Positions 11,842 to 23,964 of a DNA stretch of 64,000 nucleotides are shown here, one piece after another. A model generated the notes under the pieces. It was not told the DNA's origin. It was given only the letters and a program-made list of their open reading frames with translations, and ran no database searches. Numbering within the stretch: position 1 is the first letter of the stretch; every line of letters begins with the position of its first letter. The position numbers and the translations under genes were made by a program. The DNA lies in contig NC_057750.1 in assembly GCF_004010195.1 (NCBI RefSeq), forward strand, positions 17,518,499 through 17,582,498, read 5' to 3'. The DNA is from Chiloscyllium plagiosum. Taxonomy: Eukaryota.

Positions 11842-11995
11842 CAAAGTCAAAAAGTGTGGCGCCGGAAAAGCAGAGCAGCATCTGAGGGAAACGTCGACTC
11901 TCCTGCTCCTCGGATGCTGCCTGACCCAGCTGTGCTTTCCCAGCACCACACGTTTTGACACCAACCTTCAGCATCTGCAGTCCTCACTTGCTCCT
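11842..11995. mobile_element. Internally deleted fold-back Penelope-derived mini-element (family A) in the CR1 tail
   Basis: GTCAAAAAGTGTGG..GGAAAAGCA vs TGCTTTCCCAGCACCACACGTTTTGAC inverted arms; CTCTAT on both flanks. Confidence 0.75.
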
Positions 11996-12815
11996 CTATG
12001 ACTGTATGACCGACTGTAACTGGATTCCCTCCTCTCACTCCTGTAGGTAATGCTGACCCCCTGACTTTGAATCTTTTTCTCACTCACTCTTCTATTTGCT
12101 GTTGACTGCCAGTCTCAGGGTCCTGCTGTCGCCCGTTTGCGCAGGTAATGCTGACTGCCCCTTCGAAAGGCTAAGCTGCCAATGTTATGAGTATTCATAT
12201 GAGGAGACTTCATGGTTGACAGGACAGAGCTGGGGAGGAACAGTTACATCAAACCTCAAGACTTGAGGGTCAAGGATAATTTCTCTGGATTTGAATCAAA
12301 ATGATGGTGTTGGGGAATAAATGAGACTTTATTTTGCCTGCACGCTTTAAGATCTTTTAATCTGTATTCTAAATAATTTCTAATCAATCTTTTCAGATTG
12401 TATTCAGGTAGTATTTGAGCCTGGGCTTCCTGGCTTGAGGGAGGGGCACTACCACTTCATCAGAAGAGCCCATATTTAGGCAAAAGGAAAACATTGCGGA
12501 TGCTGGAAATCCGGAACAAGAACAGAAAATGCTGGAGAAACTCAGCAGGTCTGGCAGTAACTGAGGAGACAGAAAGCAGGTTCATGGTTCGAGTCTGCTA
12601 TAACTCTTCTTTAGAAGGTCATTTCTTTCCCCCAAGTGGGGCCCAGGTAGAGCAGGAGTACTGAGACAAGTGAAAGGATCCATGGAGCAGAGCCTAAAGG
12701 AGTGGACTCACAGGCCTAGGCGAGAGGAGAATTGTTCACATCATGCCATGCCTGAAATCCTTAGTGATGAGGACATACAGAGATACATCTGAATCTTTTG
12801 CCAATTACAATTATC

Positions 12816-13087
12816 AAATCCCTACAGTGTGGAAACAGGCCTTTTGGCCTAACAAGCCCACACTGACCCTCCGAAGAGCAACCCACCCAGACCCATTCCC
12901 CTAACCTATGCACCCCTGAACAATTTAGCACAGCCAATCCACCCTAACCTACACATCTTTGGATTGTGGGAGGAAACCCACACAGACACTGGGGAGAATG
13001 TGCAAACTCTACACAGAGAGTCGCCGAACTCGGGTCCGTAGAGCTATGAGGTAGCAGGGCTAACCACAAAGCCACCGTGCTGCCCCC
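12816..13087 (-). mobile_element. HE1-like SINE
   Basis: CCCTACAGTGTGGAAACAGGC tail through GCCACCGTGCTGCCC head. Confidence 0.85.
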
Positions 13088-13409
13088 CAAATTGCAGATC
13101 ATTCAGCTTCAGAGAGGAGAAGGTTAGAATACGCGGCAAGAGGTGGGATTGGAAGAAGAATAGAAGCAGAGGGAAGGAATAATCCAGAGGGCGACGGGAC
13201 CTGTGAGTTGTTGGAGCCTGTGTTCCTTAGCACTTGAAAGGAAGAGAAAAAGCTTCCTATTAAAGTGATAAATAAGAGGAGGAATGGAATGGAACTGCAC
13301 ACCAGGACATCTTTTAGCTAGCACGAGGCAGAGCTGATTGGGGGAGAGAGAGAGAGAGAGTATATGTGGTAGTGCATTAATTGTGGATCTTAGGATTCAG
13401 CAGGAACAG

Positions 13410-14092
13410 CTGTCTGAGGAATCTTGGAGGCTGAGGGGTGACCTGATATAAAATTATGAGATAGGATAGAGTCTTTTTCTCAGAATGAAAATGTTCAGAC
13501 ACAAAGGGGCATAGGTTTAAGGTGAGAGGGGAAGAGTTGAGGGGAGATAGAATCCCTATAGTGTGGAAGCAGGCCAATCAGCCCATCGAGTCCACACTGG
13601 CCCTCCAAACAGAACCCTACCCTATGCCTGTAAGCCTGCATTTCCCATGGCTAATTCACCCAACCTGCACTTCCTTAGACACTAGGGGCAATTTAGCATG
13701 GTCAATCCACCTAACCCGCACATCTTTGGACTGTGAGAAGATACTGGAGCACCCAGAGGAAAATATTGCAGACGCAGGGTGAATGTGCAAACCCCACACT
13801 GACAGTCACTCAAAGGTGGTATCGAACCTCAGTCCCTGGCACTGTGAGGCAGCAGGCCAACTACCACATCACTGTGCCACCGGGAAAATATTTTACACAG
13901 AGGGTGGTAGGCACGTGGAACGCACAGGCTGGGACGTGTAGAGCAGATATGATCGCACCATTTAAGAGGCAAGGAATAGAGGGATATGGACCATGTCCAG
14001 GTAGGTGGGATTAGTCTAGAATGGCACCATGTCAGTGCAGACATAATGGGCTGAAGGCTCTGTTCCTATGCTGTACTGTTCTGTGTTCTATG
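13410..14092 (+). mobile_element. CR1 3' end split by an HE1 SINE
   Basis: GGGGCATAGGTTTAAGGTGAGAGGGG..TTTTACACAGAGGGTGGTAGGCACGTGGAAC (FTQRVVGTWN)..CTGTACTGTTCTGTGTTCTATGT tail. Confidence 0.8.
13548..13882 (-). mobile_element. HE1-like SINE
   Basis: AGAATCCCTATAGTGTGGAAGCAGGCC..CACTGTGCCACC. Confidence 0.85.
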
Positions 14093-14533
14093 TAGACAAA
14101 AGGATATCGTGCACCTTTTTCATTGAGGAAGTGCTTTGGAGACTGCCTGTCCCTGCTGGATTCCCCTTGACAAACCACATTTGCCTGTTTGGTAGGAGGT
14201 TAGTTAGCTAGTTATTTCTGCACCAACTGTGCTCCATCCAATTAGCACCCTTTTCTCAAACTGTACAAATTGCTGATCCCTTTCCAAATTTGGCTTCTTG
14301 CCAGTCAATCCAGATGATTGCAAGGTAAAAAAGCTAAGACTTCACATCTCTTTTAAGTAATGTTTAATTTTTTTACTACTGATCAATTATCTGAATCACA
14401 CGGTTGTATACCTGTCAGATTTTTTCTCTCATCACAGAGATCTTCACTTTCTTCCCGATCTGATTCTGAGTATGCTTTATTTAACTCTTTGAGTGACGCT
14501 TGTGGCTTCCTTGTTCTGGATATTCCTTTCCAA

Positions 14534-14843
14534 CGCGGTGGCTCAGTGGTTAGCACTGCTGCCTCACAGCACCTGGGTCCCAGGTTCGATTCCAGCCTTG
14601 GGTGACTGTCTGTGTGGAGTTTGCACATTCTCCCCGTGTCTGTGTGGGTTTCCTCCGGGCGCTCCATTTTCCTCCCACTGTCCAAAGATGTGCAGGTCAG
14701 GTGGATTGGCCATCCTAAATTGCTCATAGTGTTAGGAGCATTAGTCAGAGGGAAATGAGTCCGGGGGTGGGGGTTACTCCTTGGAGGGTCAGTGTGGACT
14801 TGTTGGGCTGAAGGGCCTGTTTCGACACTGTAGGGGAATCTAA
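14534..14843 (+). mobile_element. HE1-like SINE, near full length
   Basis: GGTGGCTCAGTGG A box, GGTTCGATTCC B box, V-domain, CTGTAGGGAATCTAA tail. Confidence 0.92.
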
Positions 14844-15004
14844 ACTGCTGACTTGCATGGATTGCTGCTGTTGTCCTCTTAACACTGGTAAGCACCCATG
14901 GTTTAACATCAGGTGTCATTGATCCTGACAGCTGTTCTCACATTCATAATGAAGCCTTGCTATCAGCCCAGCCCTCCATTATTCTGTTGAAACAGCTGAG
15001 CCCA

Positions 15005-15228
15005 AGGTAAAATAGATTCAAGAACAGTTTCTTCCCCACTGTTGTCAGACTTTTGAACAGACCTCTCAGATGTTAATTCTGACCTCTCTCTCTGCGGCTG
15101 TAACACTGTATTCCGAACTCTGTAGTGCCACCTTGATGCACTTTGTATACTACGTTCTTCCTGTATAGCATGCAAAACAACACTTTTCACTGGAGCTCAG
15201 TACATGTGACAGCAATAAATCACTCAAA
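15005..15228 (+). mobile_element. Rex1/Babar-type LINE 3' end
   Basis: RFKNSFFPTVVRLLN followed by CACTTTTCACTG..TACATGTGAC..AATAAATCA tail. Confidence 0.7.
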
Positions 15229-16232
15229 GTATTGTTTAATTGATGTTCTTCTCTGCGATCTATTCTCTCAGTTATGCAATGTTTCTTGACACAACACAGA
15301 AATGTCAAAAAGTCAAAGACTTCTAAGACTCTGAACAATTGACACTTTGCAAGTGCTGCAGTTAATTTGTTTTTTAAGAAAATAGAAAGTCATGAATGAA
15401 TGAATACATTTAAGGTGTTCCCACACATGCTATTGTTACGATGCAGTTCATTGGTTCTACACAGAGTGCAAAGTGGGAGAATGGGCGTGCTTGTGTCACA
15501 GTTTGGTACGGAGGATATGAAGGGCTAGAGAGTCGGTTAGAGGCCACAAGTTGGCATGGAGAGTATAAAGGGTTTGGTAGACGAGCATTGATTTGCATTG
15601 GAATCATGGGAAAGAGCTTTGGGCTTAACTCCAAAAGATTCCCTCATTCCAACTATGGTTCAGACATCTCTGAGAGACTATAAACCACAAGGACTTGAAA
15701 AGCTGGCCTGATTCCATAAAGATCATGGTATGGGGAGTGTGGGGAGCATGCGAGAATGTCTGCACTGCCATCCAATTCAGGAGCACAGGGTGCACATTGG
15801 TGACCTGTACCCTTATCCTGCACTGACAACAGTTGGGAGCGTTGGGAAGGTTGCTGTCTCCGTCCGGGATTAGGTTTATTCTGCCATTTTTAACAGTCTG
15901 CACAGTTTCTCTGAATCTACAAGATCCAGCTCATTGAGTGTATATTCAGGTGAGAATTCACAGGTTATATACCAGAGGTAGAGAGAAATCTAAATGCTAC
16001 AAGCAGTGAGGAAATTAAGGAAACCAAAATGAGCTGGGGAATTACACTTGGGAAGCTTGTGACTAAAATATGATAAATCCCCAGAACCCGATGACCCACA
16101 TCCTAAAATTCAAAATGAAATAGCTGCAGAAACTGTGGATGTGCTGGCTAAAGATTCCCAAACTTTCCTCAATTCTAGAATGGTCCTGGCAAATTGGGAA
16201 TTAGTTAATGCAACACTGCTACTCAAGGTAGC

Positions 16233-16762
16233 AGTGATGATGCTGCCCCTTTAACAAGGTTATGTTGTTCTTGGTTTTTTTTTCAAAAGGGGTCATAAAT
16301 GCAGAGGTTCTGATATGTCTGGAAGTGGCTTACTTTGAACAATGGCAGGGGAGTGGTCAGTTCTCCCAGTTCAGGCTTTTTCTAGTTTGGTCTGTTTTTA
16401 GCAGAAAACTGCTGGGGACCTAGAAAAACAACTGCAGTGAAAAGAGGCTTCAACAGAGGTCTTAACCTGAATTTTCTCTCTGAAATCTCTCCTGCTTGTA
16501 AGAACCTGCGTTTGAATTTGCAAAGGGGTGTGTTTATGGGATGTTGCGGGGCTTGAAACAGCTCCTTCATTAAGTTGTGATAGAGTCAGTTGGGTTATCA
16601 AATAAGTTAAGCTATTCTAAATTCTGGTTTCATTTGTTTGTTATTCATCCATAGTGTTTGAATCAATTCTGTTTTGTTTAAAGCCGAGTGGTGTGACCAG
16701 CTGCTTTACATCTGCGGCTACCTTCTTAAAATGGTTTGAGGGTGTCTGGCTGTTCCATAACA
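16233..16762 (+). mobile_element. Probable solo LTR (about 530 bp)
   Basis: Begins GTGATGATGCTGCCCCTTTAACAAGG, ends CCATAACA; interrupts CR1; shares CCTTTAACAAGG and TTCTGTTTTGTTTAA blocks with the TG-starting minus-strand segment at 52965-53468. Confidence 0.6.
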
Positions 16763-16814
16763 GTAAGAGAAAGACATAAAGCAGGTAACTACATGTCTAT
16801 CCACCTGGCATTAG

Positions 16815-17698
16815 GTCAGATGTCACACAACACCAGGTTATAGTCCAACAGTGTTATTTGAAATCACAAGCTTTCAGAGTACTGTCCCTTCTTCGGGTGC
16901 AGTGCACCCAGGCACAGGTTTTATAATCAGAGATCAAAAGATCACACAAATGGTGTGAATGGAGTGTCAATAGGCCGAATAATAGGTCTCTACAGGTGAT
17001 CAAGAGTGTCAGATAGTGTGAGTAAAGTATCAATAACTGAATAATAAGTGAAGGGATGATCCATAATCCAAATTAATTGAGACAGAGCAATAATCACAAA
17101 ATATTAAAAGATACGATGGTGCTGGAGACGAGCCAAATGTTTGTTTTATTATTTGGTTTGTCTCCAGCACCACCTTATTTCTAATTTTTTTTTATCTGTT
17201 GGACTATAATAAAGCAGGTAACTACATGTCTGTCCACCTGGCATTAAGTCAGATGTCACACAACACCAGGTTATAGTCCAACAGTGTTATTTGAAATCAC
17301 AAGCTTTCAGAGCACTGTCTCTTCTTCAGGTGCAGTGCACCCAGGCGCAGGTTTTATAATCAGAGATCAAAAGATCACACAAATGGTGTGAATAGAGTGT
17401 CGATAGGCCGAATAATAGGTCTCTACAGGTGATCAAGAGTGTCAGATAGTGTGAGTAAAGTATCAACAACTGAATAATAAGTGAAGGGATGATCCATAAT
17501 CCAAATTAATTGAGACAGAGCGATAATCACAAAATATTAAAAGATACGATGGTGCTGGAGACGAGCCAAATGTTTGTTTTATTATTTGGTTTGTCTCCAG
17601 CACCACCTTATTTCTAATTTTTTTTTATCTGTTGGACTATAACCTGGTGTCATGTGACTTTTGATCTGGTCCACCCCAGTCCAACAGCAGCATCTCCA
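16815..17698. mobile_element. Penelope-derived insertion (family C) with inverted ends, later tandemly duplicated
   Basis: Starts TCACACAACACCAGGTTATAGTCCAACAG, ends with the reverse complement plus CCCCAGTCCAACAGCAGCATCTCCA; CACCTGGCATTAG on both flanks (about 16802 and 17699). Confidence 0.8.
17298..17332 (-). ncRNA. Minimal hammerhead motif, family C (core intact, helix II weakened)
   Basis: Minus strand CAC-CUGAAGA-A-GAGAC AGU GCUCU-GAAA-GC-UU-GUG. Confidence 0.55.
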
Positions 17699-18409
17699 CA
17701 CCTGGCATTAGCCATTGGGACTGTGCTGGGGATTCTTTATCATTAAACAAGTGTGAAAAATGCACCTAGAAAACCTCAGGTTGATGAGACAATGGATTTA
17801 TTGCGGGGAAACTGTATCTTATAATTTTTTAAGGGTTTTTCAGGATGTAGGGTAGATAAAGAAGAACAACTGGATGTGGTGTAGCTGGATTTCCAAACGT
17901 TGTTTGATAAGACGTCACACAAAATGTTAGTAATGAAGGTAAGGGTTAGTCAAGTTAGAGATAATCTATTAGTTTGAGTAGAGGATTACTTGACAACCCC
18001 ATCTATTATTCCTGCACCAACTTGTTAAATGAGCGTCATTGCCTCATGCCAATCTCCTGCTTTCTTCCCATGCCCTTGCACATTGGTTTTTATCCAAATA
18101 CCCATCCTCTCGGATGCCTCAGCTGAAGTTGCCTCCACCACATTTCTGAGCAGTGTATTCTATACCCTAACCACTCATTGAATGAAAAAGTTTTTCCTCA
18201 CTTCACCTTTTCTGCTTTAGCGTATCACGTTAAGTCTACGCCCGCTTGTACTTGTTCCTTGGTGGCCAGGGAACATAAGGTGGGCATAAATGAGGCATTT
18301 TTAAGTTGAGAGACTGTGACGCAAGCAGCGTGACAATAAGTAGTGCTGGAGCCTCAACTATTTACAAACTATATTTACTTAAAGTGAGAGAGACAGTAAG
18401 GTAACCAAG

Positions 18410-18730
18410 TTTCCCTAGGGTGGGGGAGTTCAAAACTAGGGGGCTTTTTAGTAAGGTGACAGGAGAAAGATTTAAAAAGGCCATCGGGAGTGGGGGGGGG
18501 GGGTTACTTTTTGGCACAGTGGTTAGTGTGTGGAATGAACTGCCAGAAAAAGTGGTGGATGCAGGTACAGTTATGACATTTAAAAGACAGATGCATAAGA
18601 CCATGGAGAGGAAAGGTTAGGTGGGATATTGGCCAAACATAAGCAAATGGAGTTATTTTAGTTTGGGAACATGGTTGGTGGGGACTAGTCGGACTGAAGG
18701 GACCATTTCCATTCTGTATGACTCTATGAG
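18410..18730 (+). mobile_element. CR1/HER1 3' end
   Basis: GEFKTRG..VVSVWNELPEKVVDAGT..FKRQ; CTGTATGACTCTATGA tail. Confidence 0.85.
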
Positions 18731-19075
18731 AGTACAAAGTTGGGTAAGGGTGACGCAGAGACTGCAAATCAGGATAAATGTACTGAGAGGGCAACAAGAT
18801 GGCACATAATGTGGAGAGGTGTGAGGTTTATTAGCTTTGGGCGGGAGAATAGGAAGACAGAATTGTCTTTTAAAAGGTGTACATATTGGAAATGTTGATG
18901 TTTAGAAGGCCTTAGGAATGTTCATACTGTACAAAGAATTTTAAAAGTTAGCATGCAGATAGACCAAGCAAAATGGCACCTTAGCATTTATTGCACGGGA
19001 TTTGGCATTCACAAACAAAAAAAAGTCTTGTTATAATTGTATGAGGTATTGGTGAGAGTGCACCTGGAACACTGT

Positions 19076-19325
19076 ATTAGATTAGATTACTTAAAGTGTG
19101 GAAACAGGCCCTTCGGCCCAACAAGTCCACACCGGCCCTCTGGAGAGCAACCCACCCAGACCCATTCCCCTACATTTACCCCTTCACCTAACACTATGGG
19201 CAATTTAGCATGGCCAATTCACCTGACCTGCACATTTTTGGACTGTGGGAGGAAACCGGAGGAAACCCACGCAGACACGGGGAGAATGTGCAAACTCCAC
19301 ACAGACCTGAGGCGGGAATTGGGTT
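19076..19325 (-). mobile_element. HE1-like SINE, truncated
   Basis: (ATTAG)n tail and V-domain. Confidence 0.9.
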
Positions 19326-20266
19326 TTCAATTTGAGTAATACTCTGTTTTTTTTTCATTCTTCCTGCCAAAGTGAACCGCCTCACATTTTGTCACACTAT
19401 GCTCCCATTTGCCCTCTCACTTAACCTATCTGTGTTTGTTTGAAAGTTCTTATGTCTTCGTCACAACATGTTTTCCCACATCAGAAGCAAAAACAGAGAT
19501 TGCTGGAAAAGCTCAGCAGGCCTGGCAGCATCTGTGGAGAGAAATCAAAGTGGATGTATCAGTTTGAGTGAGGGAGGAAGGGTCTTTTGACCCAAAACAT
19601 TGGTCCTGATTTCTGTCCACAGATGATGCAGTGTCTGTTTTTGTTCCTGATTTACCGCATTCACAGTCCTTTGGGTTTTACTATTTTGCGACATTTCTGT
19701 GTGCCATCCGTGAATGTAGCTCGTGCACCTTTGCTCTCCTTGTTTAAGTCATTGGTGTAAATTATTCAAGGTTGAGGTCCAAGCGTAGACCCCCGCGGGA
19801 TTCCACTTGTCACATGCTGCCGATTATACACACTGTGTGAACCTTTGCTACTCCATCTTCGAATATGGTCAAAGCTGGCGCACACAGCTTTTGATTTCTC
19901 AGGGGGTCGAGGAATATGGCGAACAGGCAGAAAGATGGTTGGGCATAATTGTGTTGAATAGTGGAGCAGCTTTAATAGGCCAAATAGTGTCTCCTGCTCC
20001 TATCTCTTTTGCCTTCTAGTCTCCTCACACAACAGAAGTTCCTCATCTCTAGTTTCTGACAAAGAGTCATATTGCCTCGAAATAGTGACTCTGTTTTTCT
20101 CTCCAGAGATGCTGCTGGACCAGCTGAGTTTCTCCAGCACTCCCCGTGGCTGAGTTAGACTTCCAGAATCTACAGTATTTTATCTATTTGAGAGGTTGGA
20201 TCCCACCCTGCCAACTTAAGGAGCTAAGCTTAGTAGTAGCCTGCGTCTGATGGCTTTGAAATTCAG

Positions 20267-20500
20267 GTGAAAGTGTGTACTGCAGATGCTGGAGATTAGT
20301 GTGGTGCTGGAAAAGCACAGCAGGTCAGGCAGCATCTGAAGAGCAGGAAAATCGACGCTTCAGGCAAAAGCCCTTCATCAGGAATAAGGCTGGGAGTGGG
20401 GTAGGGAAATCCTGATGAAGGGCTTTTGTTGGAAATGTCAATTTTCCTGCTCCTTGGATGTTGCCTGACCTGCTGTGCTTTTCCAGCACCACTCTAATCT
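20267..20500. mobile_element. Fold-back Penelope-derived mini-element (family A) with two hammerhead remnants
   Basis: Inverted arms about 20293-20383 / 20410-20500; TSD TGGYTTTGAAATTCAG at 20251-20266 and 20501-20516. Confidence 0.88.
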
Positions 20501-20621
20501 TGGTTTTGAAATTCAGTCCTCTCTGGGCATAAGGGTCACAGAATAAAAGGTTAGAGCCCCAGAGAAGGCCATTTGAACAGGCTGTACGCTCCTATCCATT
20601 GACCATTTCTAGATAGTCAAT

Positions 20622-20866
20622 GAACCGAGATGGAGGATTCTGGATCAATGGTGCTGGAAGAGCACAGCAGGTCAGGCAGCATCCGAGGAGCTTCAGCAAA
20701 ATCGACGTTTCGGGCAAAAGCCCTTCATCAGGAATAAAGGCAGAGAGCCTGAAGGGGGGAGAGATAAGCTAGGGGAGGGTGGGGGGGGGGAGAGAGTAGC
20801 ATAGAGTACAATGGGTGAGTGGGGGAGGAGATGAAGGTGATAGGTCAGGGAGGAGAGGGTGGAGTG
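20622..20866 (-). mobile_element. Penelope 3' pseudo-LTR fragment (family A)
   Basis: Purine-rich UTR on the + strand; flanks GATAGTCAAT (20612-20621) and GATGGTCAAT (20867-20876). Confidence 0.82.
20700..20735 (-). ncRNA. Minimal type I hammerhead ribozyme motif, family A, intact core
   Basis: Minus strand AUUC-CUGAUGA-A-GGGC UUUU GCCC-GAAA-CG-UC-GAUU. Confidence 0.8.
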
Positions 20867-21744
20867 GATGGTCAATTTAAAACTGACGTTAAGAGAGTAT
20901 GGCAAGAAGCTGGGAAAAGCATGTTTACGGATAGAATTAATAGTTGGGGCATGAATGCTGAGGGCGAGACCACTGTTGCAGCTTTGAAAGGAAAACCGAA
21001 TGAATATTTCAGGTAGAGCGATGGGGAGAGAGGATTAGAAATAGAACCAAACTGATTATACCACAGCAGAATGGTGCAGAGTGCACTGCACCACGTTATC
21101 TTGTAGCATATTTTGAGGATGCTTGATAAAAATATTTAATTTCAGCACTGAAGTGATACGCTCTCTTTTTGCTTTCGTCCCTTGATTCGGCGATGCATGA
21201 AGCTCCCTGACATGTCACTCAGGCCCAGTTTGCGCCGTGTTTTGAAGGCATCTTTCTCAGGGGGGCAGTCAGTAATGAGAGACAGATTCAGACGATTCTC
21301 CCTAGCCCATCCAGAAATCAACCATGCGGTCTGCTGAAATTTTCCACGGTTTTCCAAAGCACTAACTGTCAGGATATAAATTTGTGTGCCAGGCTGTCTG
21401 GAACTTTCATTATAACGCATTGTTCATAACAAACAGCTATAGAATAATCTACCTGCCTGTGGGGTCGTGTTATGAAGAGTGAGAGACTTCCATTTGCAGG
21501 GGCATCATTCTGTGCAGTAGTATCTATGTGTGGGATATTAATTATTTACAGCTAGCTCTGAAAGGCATTTAATAATGAATGGCCCCAGAAGTTGTTGCTT
21601 GACCGCAAGTTCAAATCAGCCGCACATGTCAAGGCACCGCCACACCTATTCAGCTAATTTCCCTGCAGGTTAGAAGATTCCAGCTTCGTCCTCCTGTCCT
21701 CACCGTCAGTTGAGGATTGTGACTTTGTTGTCTTTTTTCAAGGG

Positions 21745-22050
21745 ATAGGTGTGTCATCGTTCAGACCTGTCTTTATTGCCCGTCACTAATTTCTCTGAGG
21801 GCCGTTCAGAGTCAACCACATCTCATGTGGGCCAGGCCAGGTAAGGAGAGCTGATTTCCCTCCTTAAAGTGCGTTAGTGAATGGGATTTGTTTTCAATAA
21901 TTGACAGTAGTTACGTGAATTAGATCAGCTCTTCAATCCTGATTTGTACTAATTCCAGTTATCACTGTTTGCCTTGGTGGGATTTGAATTTTTGTCCCCA
22001 GGCTCAGGCCTCTGGATTAAGTACTAGTCAGTGACATTATCACTAATCAC
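21745..22050 (-). mobile_element. LF-SINE-like relic
   Basis: AGAGTCAACCACAT, CCAGGTAAGGA..GATTTCCCTCCTTAAAG..TTAGTGAA, GGTGGGATTTGAA. Confidence 0.6.
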
Positions 22051-22147
22051 TGTTTCCCTCTGGTCCACCACAACAGGCCTCTTTGTCCCATGGGCCATTT
22101 CCTGTTTGGTTTGTGTGCATGGGGCTGCCAACATTGAATTGGACATG

Positions 22148-22470
22148 ATTAGATTAGATTAGATTCCCTACAGTGTGGAAACAGGCCCTTCGGTCCAACA
22201 AGTCCACACCGACCCCCCCAAAGAGCAACGCACCCAGACCCATTCCCCTACATTTAGCCCTGCACCTAACACTACGGGCAATTTAGCGTGGCCAATTCAC
22301 CTGACCTGCACATCTTTGGAGTGTGGGAGGAAACCGGAGCACCTGGAGGAATCCCACACAGACACGTGGAGAATATGCAAACTCCACGCAGACAGTTGCC
22401 CGAGGCAGGAATTGAACCTGGGTCCCTGGTGCTGTGAGGCAGCAGTGCTAACCACTGAGCCACTGTGCCA
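22148..22470 (-). mobile_element. HE1-like SINE, near full length
   Basis: (ATTAG)3 tail through AACCACTGAGCCACTGTGCC head. Confidence 0.92.
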
Positions 22471-22609
22471 CACCCATGCTGCCCATTCCCTGACCCATGA
22501 AGATTGGTTACTCGTCAGTGCAAGTCATGTAGGTAGCTCTCCGACTTGTCAACCACAACATCGTGCATTCAAGCCTCAGTCCAGGAACGTGATCACACCG
22601 TCCACTCAA

Positions 22610-22945
22610 ACCCTCCCAGCACAGTACTGGATAATGTTGTACTTTCGGGCCTGGTGTTTTGTGGTAGAGCTGTTAAACTGAAACCATAGCCTCCCACTCA
22701 GATTAACACAAACGATCATTGGGCAGTGTACTGAAGAAGAGAGGAGTAACATTTAACCCTCATCAAACATCTCAAGAAGAGATAATCTCAATGTTGTTTG
22801 TGGGGAGTTTCTTGTGTGCAAATTGGTTGCGGCGATTCACGCCATGAACAGTGAATGCACATCAAAACATAACCTCATTGTTTATAAAGTGCTCTGGGAT
22901 GTCTTGAGAAGATGATAGGTGCTATTTAAAGGAAATTCACTATTT
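22610..22945 (+). mobile_element. Deu-SINE relic
   Basis: TGTTAAACTGA..GAAGAAGAGAGGAG..TTTGTGGGGAG..GTGTGCAAATTGGTTGC..GGTGCTATTTAAA. Confidence 0.6.
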
Positions 22946-23964
22946 TTGTGTTTTGCACGCACTCCTTTCTCTGTCCTCGACCACGTGAGGAATTGCATTC
23001 GAACTGACATCAGGGCTCTGTGTAAGACAACTCATGGGTTTTATTGGGGTTCTTGTAGGATCAGGGAGTCCTCTGAACGAAAAGCTGTCAGCCAATCAAT
23101 TGGCTGGCCAACTGTGTATTGCTCTGTAGCGCAGCCAATGGCAGCTGCTGGTACTGCAGCCAGTACTTCGATTCATTGAGAAACCTGAATCTCACCAGGC
23201 AGCACTCAAGGATTAAGAACCAGCCATGGTGACTACCAAAACTAATAATGTGCTGAGGATAAACTTGGGTTTGATAAAGTGCTTTGAGAAAGTGCAGTAA
23301 GGTAAGCACTTCCCACAGATTTCAGGTCCTGGGGATGTAATATTTGTAGCAGGGGATTACAGGATCTAGATCTCAATAAAGGTACCAGAATGAGCTCTTT
23401 AAAACCAAATGGCCATCTTTAATTTTGTGATGATATTGAGAATGAAGACAGTGTGAGATGGAGAGAAGGTTAAGTGTATACATTGGAAGGAAAGAAGAGT
23501 ATAGGATGGAGAGAGAGAGAGAGAGAGAGGACAGAAGAAATATTTGGAAATGTTTACAAAGCAGACTGAGATTTCAAATTCTGGGAATTTTTCCAGTTCC
23601 TGATCTTCTGCCTTTTCCTCTGGTTCCTCGAGTCCATTCCCCCTGTTTTCTAACTGCTTCCTGATAATAAGGGTCGAGATGGTTTCCTTCATAAGACTAA
23701 ATTTGTCCAAAGTGGAATTCAAATTTCCTCACTGATTCATGACTAACTTCAAACATCTCCTTCCATTAATGTCTTGTCAGTTGTAACTATTGCAACCCAT
23801 GATGTGCTTGAATGGGTTAAAAGTAATTCAGAAGAGAAACACTTTTGATGATGATATAATAGACACATTGGGCAGAATTTAATGCTTTTCCTGAGTTGAG
23901 GTCGATGGAGATAGGGGCTGAGTTTAATCAGGTGGCTGTGAGGGACCTTGCCATAGTCCTATCT

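Larger units (their letters stand above)
15960..19075 (+). mobile_element. Old fragmented CR1 ORF2 hosting nested LTR-like, Penelope, CR1 and SINE insertions
   Basis: Collinear RT remnants: AAATCCCCAGAACCCGATG (KSP.PD) about 16076, GATGTGGTGTAGCTGGATTTCCAA (DVVYLDF-like) about 17873, GTGCTGGAGCCTCAACTATTT about 18343, TTGGTGAGAGTGCACCTGGAACACTG (LVRVHLEHC) about 19050. Confidence 0.7.

Noticed and set aside
14383..14919. 178-aa minus-strand ORF with a charged, protein-like C-terminus and a possible CAG/GTATAC donor
   Set aside because: More than half of the ORF is antisense HE1 SINE; no acceptor or recognisable homology
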